This document shows, piece after piece, positions 18,403 through 27,526 of a stretch of 55,218 bases of DNA. The first letter of the stretch is position 1; every line of letters begins with the position of its first letter. The DNA comes from a virus (taxonomy: Duplodnaviria > Caudoviricetes). The position numbers and the translations under genes are program-made. The notes under the pieces are model-generated. The model was not told the DNA's origin and ran no database searches. It worked only from the letters and a program-made list of their open reading frames with translations. The DNA lies in the IMG/VR virus record IMGVR_UViG_3300023179_000132, positions 1 to 55,218 of that record; one strand, 5' to 3'.

Positions 18403-19020
18403 ATGGCTAGCCCAACAATTAACCCATTCAGTAGCGTAGCTACCGATCCAATTCGTAACTTTAGGTTCTTGGTGGAGTTTCTCCCTCATGACACCAAAAG
18501 CTCTGCGGCTGTAGATTTTCAAAAGACCATTGGTTTTACCAATGTTTCTGGCTTTGGAATTACTACACAAGCTATCCCATACCGTGAAGGTGGCTATAAC
18601 ACTACGGTTCACTACTTGCCAGGCCAGACTGCTTTTGAGCCAGTCAGCTTTACAAGAGGAACTGTATTGGGTAGCAAGCAAAATCACCAGTGGATGCGCC
18701 AGCTATTTGCCGTGGTCTCAGGCCGCACAAACGCAGGTGTAGGTCACGATTTCCGTTGCAACGTTGATGTATCGGTAATCAGCCATCCAAACCCAGCTAA
18801 TACTAAGACAAGCACTGGCGCACGCGCTACAAATCCTTACGATTTGCACGTCTCAATGCGCTTCAGACTATACAACGCTTGGATTACTAGCTTGGTGTAT
18901 GGTGACTTGAACTCGGGTGGAGAAGGCCTTATGGTTGAAGGTATGACTCTTGTGCATGAAGGCTTTGATGTCAACTACGCACCTGATTACGCCACAACCG
19001 CAGCTAAATTCACAGTCTAA
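18403..19020 (+). CDS. tail tube protein (T4 gp19-like)
   Basis: DP.RNFRFLVE, YREGG.N, PG.T.FEPV...RG, F.LYNAW, E...LVHEG. Confidence 0.93.
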   Translation: MASPTINPFSSVATDPIRNFRFLVEFLPHDTKSSAAVDFQKTIGFTNVSGFGITTQAIPYREGGYNTTVHYLPGQTAFEPVSFTRGTVLGSKQNHQWMRQLFAVVSGRTNAGVGHDFRCNVDVSVISHPNPANTKTSTGARATNPYDLHVSMRFRLYNAWITSLVYGDLNSGGEGLMVEGMTLVHEGFDVNYAPDYATTAAKFTV

Positions 19021-19045
19021 CAACTACTACTAGAGGGAATATAAA

Positions 19046-19906
19046 ATGACTCAAGATATGAATACAATTAGTGCATCAGAAAACCCAGAGCTCGCAAAAC
19101 AGCTAATCTCGGCAGCCTTATCTATGCCTCTAGAAGAGGGAGAGACTAAACCTGAGGTGTTGGAAGAAGTAGAAGAATCTTCTGCACCAAAGGTTGCTCT
19201 CCCTCCTTCTGGGGATGTAGAACTGCTAGCCGGATTGTACGACCCTTTTACTGGGGAAACTACACTCCGTGCAGAGATTAGGGAGCTTAATGGTGATGAC
19301 GAGGAAGCACTCTCAAAGATCAAAGATTACGGTCGCAGTCTTCTAGCAATTTTGCAGAGGGGCACTGTAAAGATCGGGGATACCCCTTGTACACCAGATG
19401 TTTTGGACTCACTACTCTCAGGAGACCGTGAGTATCTAATCATGAAGATTCGTTCAGTAACCTTTGGATCTACCCTTGATCTAAAAGGTGCATGTCCACA
19501 TTGCGAAGCTGAGCAAAACTTTGTGGTTGATTTAGATGAAGACGTTAAACTAGATCGCCTAAAAGATTCACAAGTTCGTTCATTCAAGGTAGATTGTAAA
19601 ATCGGTGAAGTAGCTTTTGACTTACCTGATGGTTCAGTACAAAAGAAACTAATCACATCTGTAGACAAAACACCAGCGGAGCTAGACAGCATCCTTCTTA
19701 AGGAATGTATTACTAGCATCAATGGCAGCCCAATCTTAGACCCTAACCAGGTACGTAAGTTGGGAATGCAGGATCGACGTACAATCCTAAAGGCAATCAT
19801 AGACAATAATCCTGGTCCTGACCTAAGCGCTATTTCTAAAAACTGCTTAGATTGCGGGCAGGAGGTCCCGATTCCGCTTACCCTAGCGGATTTGTTTCGA
19901 CTTTAG
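19046..19906 (+). CDS. tail assembly chaperone (T4 gp26/gp51-like, two CxxC motifs)
   Basis: IREL.G.DEE.L, LL.GDR.YL...IR..TFG, CPHC and CLDC; lies between tube and tape measure. Confidence 0.8.
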   Translation: MTQDMNTISASENPELAKQLISAALSMPLEEGETKPEVLEEVEESSAPKVALPPSGDVELLAGLYDPFTGETTLRAEIRELNGDDEEALSKIKDYGRSLLAILQRGTVKIGDTPCTPDVLDSLLSGDREYLIMKIRSVTFGSTLDLKGACPHCEAEQNFVVDLDEDVKLDRLKDSQVRSFKVDCKIGEVAFDLPDGSVQKKLITSVDKTPAELDSILLKECITSINGSPILDPNQVRKLGMQDRRTILKAIIDNNPGPDLSAISKNCLDCGQEVPIPLTLADLFRL

Positions 19907-20075
19907 GCCGGAGGTCTACCAGTACCTAGTAGAGTCTTACGAGATTCTAAGCTATACGTTTACTGGCTGGACATTATCTGAAATAAAGTCTCTGACACAT
20001 AGAGAACGCTTGATGTGGCTTAAAAAAGCCGCAGCACGATTAACTAGAGGAGACAGTAGTGGCATCACCTACTGA
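19899..20075 (+). CDS. C-terminal extension of the tail chaperone reached by a probable +1 frameshift (DFRPEVYQYLVESYEILSYTFTGWTLSEIKSLTHRERLMWLKKAAARLTRGDSSGITY)
   Basis: The frame is open 19887-20075 with no ATG/GTG/TTG before 20010; GWTLSEIK.L..RER..WL resembles gpE'/gpGT-type chaperone tails. Confidence 0.7.
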   Translation, partial: DFRPEVYQYLVESYEILSYTFTGWTLSEIKSLTHRERLMWLKKAAARLTRGDSSGITY

Positions 20076-23000
20076 CGGTCTTTTACCCCCTTCCGGGGGA
20101 GGACCTAAGAGTAATTACTCTAGTAAAAAAGTCCTGCAAGAAATCAATGCTGAAACTCTAAAGTGGAAGAAAAACCTTCTTGACGTAGAAAAAACCATGC
20201 AGCGGATCTATGCTACATGGTCAAAAATGTATGGGGGTAAGGGCAAGGTTGGGGGCACAGCAAGTGTTTCAGTAGGCTCAGGAAGCTCTGTAGCAGGTCC
20301 TGGAGGCTTTTCTGGTCTTGACTACCCTGGAGGAGGCGGGGGCGCTTCTATAAGTAACATAGGAGTCCCCGGCTTCAATCCAAAAGCCGGTGGCGGTCTG
20401 GGCATGGACATTAATGCCACATCTGAGAGAATTATGGCTCAGATGGAACAATTTAAAATTCCAAGAACTAAGCTTGATTATGGAATTTCTGTTGCAAGTG
20501 GCGTCTTAAAAGTAGGCGCTGTTGGTTACGGCATGTTGCCTAATACTATGGACGCTGTTAACCAGAGACTTATGTCTCAGGGCATTGCTACTATAACAGG
20601 TCAAAATTACCAAACTCTTATTAATCAAAGTAATGCTTTTGGCAATGGCGGCATTACTAGCGCAACTGGCATGCAAGGCGCAATGTCTATTCTAGGACAG
20701 GCTGGCGTCTTACCTACTATGAGTACCTCATACAAAAATTATATGAGCGAAATTGGTGGGCTTAGTGCTATTACAGGCATGAGCAATGAACAAGTAGCTG
20801 CAGGACAGGCAGCAATTAATAATAATAACTTTATTAGACTTGGTCTTCGTGCTCGTGATGCCCAAGGAAATCTGCGACCAGTTGGTCAACTTGCTAATGA
20901 CTTGATGCGTCGAATGTATCCAGGACAAAAGCCTACTGTAGAAAATATTATGCAAGGGTTTAGACCCGGCTCCAAAGCTTATGCAGACATTCAAGCAGCT
21001 GCTGGTGGCGACTCTAATCTAGCCAATTTGCTTACGATGACAATGGTTATGCAGGCTAAAAATAAAGGTAAGCCTTTAAATCTTACGAGCGCAAAAGATG
21101 TCATGGATAACGTGATGAAGCTTAAAGCTGATGATCCATTACGTAAGATATTAAAGGCTCAAACTAGTGAAGCAAGACTTTTACAAGCTACTGGTAAGGG
21201 GCTTACTCAAGGTTTTGGTGCTGCTATGGATACGCAAGCAGCTGTTAATAATGGATTTTCTAGACTTGCTGAAGTATTGCCCGGAGTTGTGGATAACCTT
21301 GGAAGACTAAAAGGCTTCTTGGATACCCTGCCTCAAGCTGGAAATGCTGGAGCTACTGTAGCAGGTGGATTAGCTAGTGCTGCTCATTCTGTAGGAAATG
21401 TAGTTAGTACTTACTTAGGATTAAGAATGGCTGGAAAGGCGGCCGCAGCAGCTGGTAAATTCCTAGGATTTGGGGCGGAAGCGGCGGCCGCAGGCACTGC
21501 TGCAACCGGTGCAATAGCGGCTGGAGAAGCTGCAGCTGCTACCGGAGCAGTCGCGGCTACCGGAGCAGCAGCAACTGTAGCGGGAGGAGCGGCAGCCGCA
21601 GGAGGGGCAGCGGCATCTGGAGGAGTAGCGGCAGCGGCGGGAGCAACTGCTCTTGGAGTAATGACTAAATTAAAAAGGGCGTTATTTGGCGGTGGCGGAA
21701 GACACGTAGCTGAAAAAGTAGGTGGAGGATTTCTATCTAAAGCGCTACCTATGGCAGCAGGTCTTGGAACTGTAGCAGCTATAGGTATGGGAACAAACTG
21801 GGCTGTGCCGGCACTTCGTAGATGGGGTGCTAGACACGGTATTGGGGAGCACAGTTTCCTAGATAACTTTGGAACTACCCTTGGGTATATGGGCGGGTAT
21901 GCCGCAGCAGGGGCTTCTAGATTTGGTCTTGCCGGAGCAGTAATCGGTACGGGAGTAGGGCTTGCTCGAGGTCTTGCTTATACCGTTTCAGGAATGAAGC
22001 CTAATGAAAAAACCAAGCAATTTATTAGAGAACAGCAGATGCGTGCAAAAGCTGCTACAGAGTCTAATGATTTGTACAGATGGCAAGTAGAGCATAGGGA
22101 CGAACAAGATCCTAATACTGGTGGAGACTCTGCAAGTATAAAAAGTGCTTTACGTCAAGCCGGTTTTGGTATAAAAGGTCAGGAGATTGGATTAGCAGTA
22201 GCGTTTGCCGAGTCTGGCGGTAATCCAAACGCGCATAATACAAACGCAAGCACTGGCGATAATTCTTACGGCCTATTCCAAATTAATATGATTGGTAAGA
22301 TGGGGCCTGCTCGACGTAAACAATTTGGGCTTAAATCAAATGATGACTTATTTGATCCTGTAGTTAATGCTAAAGCTGCTTACGCAATTTCTAACAAGGG
22401 AAGAGACTGGAGTCCTTGGTCTACTTACAAGTCTGGGGCATACAAGCAATACCTAAATAAGTATGAAGGCAATAGTAAAAACACCCATAGCCATGCTAAA
22501 AATAAAGTATCTTCTGCTCATGGTGGAGTGGCCGGTGGTATGGGGTCTCCTACTGATGGGCCAATTACCGCAGACTATGGACAAAAGCCTAAAAACAATA
22601 CTTACTGGAGATGGAAGGGATACCACACAGGTAGAGATTATGGCGTAAAGTCTGGCTCTACAGTAAAAGCCTTTAAAGAAGGTGTAGTAAAGTATGCTGG
22701 AAAAGGCCAAGGACTTTCTGGAGCTGGGGAGCCTTACGGAAATATTGTAGTAATTGATCATGGCGGATATCAGAGTATGTACGCCCATCTCTCTAAGAGC
22801 ATTGTAAAAGCTGGACAAACAGTGAAAGCTGGTCAGAAAATTGCATTATCTGGACAGTCTGGTAGCGGAGCTGCTGCAGGCCCTCATTTACACTTTGAAA
22901 TACGTAAAGGAAACTTCCCTAATACAAATGAAACTGATCCTCGCCCTTACCTATCTGGGGTTGCTGGAAAGGGCGGATTCCTAGAAGGAGTTAAGCACGG

Positions 23001-23358
23001 CGTTGGAAGCCTTGTAAGTGGAGTAGAGCATGCTTTGCAATCAGTTTGGCACGCAGCATATAACGTATTTAACTCTGGTACTGGCAAAGTTAGAGCCCCA
23101 GGCATGCCGGGACAACCAGGTCAGCAAGATAACGCTCTAAAAATTTCCTCTATAAATAGTAACTGGACAGACTTTTTTGGTGGGGATACGGGATCTCCTG
23201 TTGGAAGTTCTAGTAGTATTAGTTCTGGTTCAGGCGTAGTAATACATATGAATGTAACTGTGAATGGAACTAGCGCTAATGACGCTAGAAGATTTGCTAA
23301 TGATGTAAAGAACCTTCTTGAAAAAGATTTGAGAACAGCTAAAATTGGAACTTATTAG
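20059..23358 (+). CDS. tape measure protein with C-terminal lytic transglycosylase and M23 peptidase domains
   Basis: Long Ala/Gly-rich helical protein after the chaperone; AESGGNPNA...SYGLFQIN (~22200-22290); HTGRD, YAHL and HLHFE (~22620-22900). Confidence 0.92.
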   Translation: MASPTDGLLPPSGGGPKSNYSSKKVLQEINAETLKWKKNLLDVEKTMQRIYATWSKMYGGKGKVGGTASVSVGSGSSVAGPGGFSGLDYPGGGGGASISNIGVPGFNPKAGGGLGMDINATSERIMAQMEQFKIPRTKLDYGISVASGVLKVGAVGYGMLPNTMDAVNQRLMSQGIATITGQNYQTLINQSNAFGNGGITSATGMQGAMSILGQAGVLPTMSTSYKNYMSEIGGLSAITGMSNEQVAAGQAAINNNNFIRLGLRARDAQGNLRPVGQLANDLMRRMYPGQKPTVENIMQGFRPGSKAYADIQAAAGGDSNLANLLTMTMVMQAKNKGKPLNLTSAKDVMDNVMKLKADDPLRKILKAQTSEARLLQATGKGLTQGFGAAMDTQAAVNNGFSRLAEVLPGVVDNLGRLKGFLDTLPQAGNAGATVAGGLASAAHSVGNVVSTYLGLRMAGKAAAAAGKFLGFGAEAAAAGTAATGAIAAGEAAAATGAVAATGAAATVAGGAAAAGGAAASGGVAAAAGATALGVMTKLKRALFGGGGRHVAEKVGGGFLSKALPMAAGLGTVAAIGMGTNWAVPALRRWGARHGIGEHSFLDNFGTTLGYMGGYAAAGASRFGLAGAVIGTGVGLARGLAYTVSGMKPNEKTKQFIREQQMRAKAATESNDLYRWQVEHRDEQDPNTGGDSASIKSALRQAGFGIKGQEIGLAVAFAESGGNPNAHNTNASTGDNSYGLFQINMIGKMGPARRKQFGLKSNDDLFDPVVNAKAAYAISNKGRDWSPWSTYKSGAYKQYLNKYEGNSKNTHSHAKNKVSSAHGGVAGGMGSPTDGPITADYGQKPKNNTYWRWKGYHTGRDYGVKSGSTVKAFKEGVVKYAGKGQGLSGAGEPYGNIVVIDHGGYQSMYAHLSKSIVKAGQTVKAGQKIALSGQSGSGAAAGPHLHFEIRKGNFPNTNETDPRPYLSGVAGKGGFLEGVKHGVGSLVSGVEHALQSVWHAAYNVFNSGTGKVRAPGMPGQPGQQDNALKISSINSNWTDFFGGDTGSPVGSSSSISSGSGVVIHMNVTVNGTSANDARRFANDVKNLLEKDLRTAKIGTY

Positions 23359-23366
23359 GAGAGTAA

Positions 23367-24650
23367 ATGACTAATTTAGATAAACATATAGATACAGACT
23401 CCTTACTTTATAAGCAACTTTCTAAACAAGGTAAACTTGCTGCTTTAAATTCTGATGGATCTGTGGCAATTGTTGATAGAGAAGTCGGCGGCACTGGTAC
23501 GGCAAACGCAAATAAGAGACCTGTTGTGTTTATTAGACTTAAGAAAACTTCAAAAGGTGATTTGGCAGTTCTTAGTGATATACCGCCAAATACTCCTCCA
23601 GGCGCTGTTATCTATGTATCTTATGGAATTACATCTGCCGACCCACATTTAACTAAGTATGCGTTTTACTATAAAGAAAAGTTTCCTAAAAAGAAGAAGC
23701 CTAAAAAGAAGCCTAAGCCAAAACCTCCTGAGACTATTAGAGATCTATTTAAGGGAAGGCAGGGTAAGTTTAATCCTCCTCCCCATAATGTCAGTAGACC
23801 AATATCTCCAACTGCTTTTTCTGGATATCAATTAAGTGATAGCGCTAATGTTAGCGTTATTGCAGACCTGCAAAAAGCGAATAAACGTGGATATATTATT
23901 GAAGACATTGAAACAGCTATTGATAACAAAGGAAAACCAAAAACAAAAGTATCTCAACTTTGGGGATTTGAATTTATGTATAATCCTGAAACATTTACGC
24001 ACAGTGTTGGAGCTTCCCCCTATGAAATTGGTAATGCTGAAGATACGGCTGTAGGTCTTACAGGAGCTCAAAAATTAAGCCTAAGCCTACTTATAAATAG
24101 GGTTGTAGATATACCTGCATTAAAAACATTTTGGTTAGAAAAGCAAGATGTAGTAACTCCTTTTACTGGAAGAGACCCAGATTATCCACGCCCTATAACA
24201 GTAGAAGATGTAGAAGGAATTATTAAAAGAGGTACTGAGTATGACATTGACTTCTTATATAGAGTACTGAATGGTGACCCTGTATTAGGGCCTACCGCAT
24301 CAATACCTATTTCTGATTTTGGCTACCTTACTCAGTCTCCAGTATGGCTCTACATTAATGAAGATTTTAGATACAAGGTAATTATTACTGATATTAGCGT
24401 CAGTCACTATATGTTTACTGAAGATATGATTCCGGTAATGACTAACTTAACTCTTAGTATGTTCCGTATACCTGATCCATCATATGGATCGGTAGAAGAA
24501 GACGACACCTTTATTTATGATAGGTATACTGTAGATGATGGCCAGGGCGGTAGAATAGCTAAGAATCCTACTTGGGGACCACCTGCGGATACTAATAGTG
24601 CTACCACCACTCCAGGCACAGGATCTGGATGGGGATCAAGGAATCCATAA
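23367..24650 (+). CDS. tail tube initiator/baseplate protein
   Basis: GFEFMYNPE...LSLLINR and I.DISV.H.MF...M.P motifs; follows the tape measure gene. Confidence 0.65.
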   Translation: MTNLDKHIDTDSLLYKQLSKQGKLAALNSDGSVAIVDREVGGTGTANANKRPVVFIRLKKTSKGDLAVLSDIPPNTPPGAVIYVSYGITSADPHLTKYAFYYKEKFPKKKKPKKKPKPKPPETIRDLFKGRQGKFNPPPHNVSRPISPTAFSGYQLSDSANVSVIADLQKANKRGYIIEDIETAIDNKGKPKTKVSQLWGFEFMYNPETFTHSVGASPYEIGNAEDTAVGLTGAQKLSLSLLINRVVDIPALKTFWLEKQDVVTPFTGRDPDYPRPITVEDVEGIIKRGTEYDIDFLYRVLNGDPVLGPTASIPISDFGYLTQSPVWLYINEDFRYKVIITDISVSHYMFTEDMIPVMTNLTLSMFRIPDPSYGSVEEDDTFIYDRYTVDDGQGGRIAKNPTWGPPADTNSATTTPGTGSGWGSRNP

Positions 24651-24652
24651 AA

Positions 24653-24928
24653 ATGATAGATAGTAATTCTCGTTATTCAGATGGGTTTTTTAGTCAAGTT
24701 CCAAGTAGGGACGGCCTGTCCTATGACGTATACGTTTTTAGAAGATTTTACTCAGAAGGCACTTGGAAATACATTAATTATCTTTTTGCTGAAGGGGATC
24801 GGGTAGACATCCTAGCTGATGTATTTTTAGGGTCGTCTAACCGTTGGCATGAAATTATGGATATAAATCCTGAAATACCGGACCCTTTTAATATTGCACC
24901 GGGAACACTTGTTAGGATTCCTAAGTAA
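24653..24928 (+). CDS. LysM / P2 gpX-like baseplate protein
   Basis: SRY...EGDR.DILA..FLG....W.EIMDINPEI.DPF.I.PGT.VRIP. Confidence 0.88.
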   Translation: MIDSNSRYSDGFFSQVPSRDGLSYDVYVFRRFYSEGTWKYINYLFAEGDRVDILADVFLGSSNRWHEIMDINPEIPDPFNIAPGTLVRIPK

Positions 24929-25737
24929 TGTATACCCCAATTGAACGCACTCTCTATTGGGATGTAAAATTTCCTAGAACACCTAAGTTTAGAAAAACGG
25001 CTGCTCAGGCTGAGTTGCATCAGGCTGAGGGCGCTCATGATGTTTTGTCTATCCTTTTTAAAGGTGTTTTAGATAGAAATACATATGGAATTATTGAAAA
25101 AGGAGATCCTGTAGTTTTTACTTGGGGGAGCGGTAATCATAGAGAAATCTTTATTGGGTTTGTACAACTAATAGAAAAAAATTCAACTGTTAATAGAAAT
25201 ACATTTAGAATAGTATGCGTCAATAATTCTTCGGTTCTTAGAATACCAAGTAAAAAAGTATATAAAAACCATACCGCTGATAAAGTTGCTAATGTCCTAG
25301 CTAATGAACATGGGTTTGAAGGCCATATACACCCCCACCCTTATGTGCACAGCAATCTTTCTCAATCAGGGCAAACCCATTGGCAGTTACTACGTCATTT
25401 GTCTCACAAGACCGGGTATGCTCTTAGAGCTGAGAATAAAACGCTTATTTTTAAGCCTAGGAACCTTATTGTGGCTGAAAAACTAGAGCACGCGCCAGTA
25501 TTTTTTCACTTTGCTACTTTCCCTGAAGGCGTTCTTGGATTACAGACATTATTAAGTTTCACTGCTTTAGACTCTATAGAATCTCCAGGAACTAATGCTG
25601 GTGATGTTGGAATTGAACTGCATAATAATCATGGAAACAGGTATGCTTTTAATTCACGAACTGGATTACATAATTCAATTCACGCCAGTGGGCCTATAAA
25701 TACTAATCAAAATTGGGGTAAATTAAATGGATCTTGA
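24928..25737 (+). CDS. baseplate hub protein (gpD/VgrG-like), N-terminal part
   Basis: H D.L.I.F...G.PV.FTWG...F.G.V; Q.G.T.WQLL..L....GY. Confidence 0.75.
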   Translation: MYTPIERTLYWDVKFPRTPKFRKTAAQAELHQAEGAHDVLSILFKGVLDRNTYGIIEKGDPVVFTWGSGNHREIFIGFVQLIEKNSTVNRNTFRIVCVNNSSVLRIPSKKVYKNHTADKVANVLANEHGFEGHIHPHPYVHSNLSQSGQTHWQLLRHLSHKTGYALRAENKTLIFKPRNLIVAEKLEHAPVFFHFATFPEGVLGLQTLLSFTALDSIESPGTNAGDVGIELHNNHGNRYAFNSRTGLHNSIHASGPINTNQNWGKLNGS

Positions 25738-26323
25738 TAATTCAAAGCTTTCCCTAACCCATGAAGTAGTAGAGAATGCGGCAAAAGCTAATCTTATTGC
25801 TGAAGGGTATAGCGGTGGATCACAATATAAATACAAGGCCAATGCAGTTTTAATTGGCCACGCTCCACTAAGACCCTATGACCCTATATATTTAGCTGGA
25901 TTAAGAGACAATATGTCTGGGGTATGGGTTGTAATATCTGTAACCCATGTATTTAATGACAGCCTTAAATATACTATGAAAGTTCATTTGGGCTCAAACG
26001 ATATGTTGTTAAGCATAAAATATAAAAAACCAATTAAAGATGTTTCTAAGACACTGGTTAAAAAGTACCCAAAAATACTAGGGGAACAAGATAAATTATT
26101 TACTATTGCTAATAGAGACTCAAAGCAATACACGGTTAAAAATTTAAACCCTCGTATAATTAAATCTCAAACATCAGCTCCGCCGCCACCTTGGGTTAGA
26201 GATCCAGTAAAAGAGTTTATTGATAAAAAATTACCTAGCTCTTCTAAGCATGTAAATCATTATGAGCACTTTAAGCCAAATACTACTAACTCTCAAAGAC
26301 AACCACGTTGGGATACAGCATGA
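25727..26323 (+). CDS. baseplate hub protein, C-terminal part
   Basis: A.A.LIG...LRPY.PIYL.GL...MSG.W.V.SVTHVF...Y...V.LG is typical of the gpD C-terminal barrel. Confidence 0.7.
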   Translation: MDLDNSKLSLTHEVVENAAKANLIAEGYSGGSQYKYKANAVLIGHAPLRPYDPIYLAGLRDNMSGVWVVISVTHVFNDSLKYTMKVHLGSNDMLLSIKYKKPIKDVSKTLVKKYPKILGEQDKLFTIANRDSKQYTVKNLNPRIIKSQTSAPPPPWVRDPVKEFIDKKLPSSSKHVNHYEHFKPNTTNSQRQPRWDTA

Positions 26324-27069
26324 GCTATAATCTGTATTCTGATTACTCTATAGACCCTTTAAATAGGCCTAGATTTTATGGGGTATATAGAGCTAGCGTT
26401 CTAAATAATGTGGATCCAGAAGGTAAAAAAAGACTAACTTTAGTAGTGCCTCAAATTACCGGATCAGACACTATGGTTTTAGTACCTCCCTGTGTTTCTT
26501 CGGGTGCTTTAGCGGATACAAGAGTTCCTTCTATTGGAGAATCTGTTTGGGTTATATTTGAGTCTGGTGATCCCGGGTACCCACTATGGATTACGGATGC
26601 TGGCTATGCTAATCGTACATACCTTGGATATTGCGGGTCTTTTACGTCTAGCGTAAGGCAGACTAGTACTACAGGAGTATCAACAATTACTTTTGATGCA
26701 ACTCAGATATCTAATGGGGTGTCTTTAGTTAGCGGATCTCAAATTAAAGTTGCTAATGCTGGCACCTATAACTTTCAATTTGGTGGGCAAATTCACCAAA
26801 CAGTAAACGGTAGCCCTGCAATTAATATCTGGATAAGAAAAAATGGTGTAGACCTCGTACCTGGATCTACATGGCAGTTTGATTTATCTAATCAAAACCA
26901 CTTTTCTGTACCTGCATTTAGCTATATTCTTACACTTGCAGCCGGTGATTACATCGAATTTCAATGGACTTCTACTAGTACGGTATATTTGGATTATTTT
27001 GCTGAGCACACAACTGCTCCTATATACCCAGCTACCCCCTCTGCTGTAGTTAATGTAATTCAAGTATAG
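26320..27069 (+). CDS. baseplate spike (gp5/gpV OB-fold) fused to a C1q/BclA-like domain
   Basis: FYGVYRA.V.NN.DP....RL.L.VPQ...VP.IGE.VWV.FE.GDP.YP.W, followed by ITFD....NG...I.V..AGTYNFQF...IWIRKNG...L.AGDYIE. Confidence 0.8.
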   Translation: MSYNLYSDYSIDPLNRPRFYGVYRASVLNNVDPEGKKRLTLVVPQITGSDTMVLVPPCVSSGALADTRVPSIGESVWVIFESGDPGYPLWITDAGYANRTYLGYCGSFTSSVRQTSTTGVSTITFDATQISNGVSLVSGSQIKVANAGTYNFQFGGQIHQTVNGSPAINIWIRKNGVDLVPGSTWQFDLSNQNHFSVPAFSYILTLAAGDYIEFQWTSTSTVYLDYFAEHTTAPIYPATPSAVVNVIQV

Positions 27070-27130
27070 ATTTAAGAGACTCTATAACAAGGCGTAATGA
27101 TAAGATGTATAGACAGATTGGAGCTAGATT

Positions 27131-27526
27131 GTGAAAGCTATTAGCTATCCCTTTACTTTGGATACTTTTGGTAAAGTAATATCTACTGAAGATAGTAATA
27201 AAATCTATACTCATAGAGTTATGACTTTATTATCAACCTTAGTATTTGGTAGACCTATGAGATCAGACTATGGCGTTGACATGTCTAGAGCGATGTACGA
27301 ATCAGGAAATGACTTCAAGAGGGCTGTATCTTCCTCTGTAACCCGTGCAATTAGTACCTTTTTACCAATGCTAGTAATCGAAAATATAAAAGTTACATTA
27401 CCAAACTCTTCAGGAGAAGCTACTATAGATATTAGATTACGCTACCCTGATGGCACTGCCGGCTCTTTATTAGTTTCGGCAAATGAATTTAATGACGACG
27501 GAACTATAGTAGGAGATATATATTAA
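27131..27526 (+). CDS. baseplate wedge protein (T4 gp25/gpW-like)
   Basis: AISYPF....G...LLST....RPMR.DYG...AI..FLP.L.I..I.V. Confidence 0.88.
   Translation: MKAISYPFTLDTFGKVISTEDSNKIYTHRVMTLLSTLVFGRPMRSDYGVDMSRAMYESGNDFKRAVSSSVTRAISTFLPMLVIENIKVTLPNSSGEATIDIRLRYPDGTAGSLLVSANEFNDDGTIVGDIY

Noticed and set aside
21430-21660. GC-rich GCN/GGN run in the tape measure gene
   Set aside because: Ala/Gly low-complexity coding sequence, not a discrete repeat array.
23688-23730. AAGAAGCCTAAA-type short repeats
   Set aside because: Encode a K/P linker (KKKKPKKKPKPKPP); no sign of a separate DNA element.
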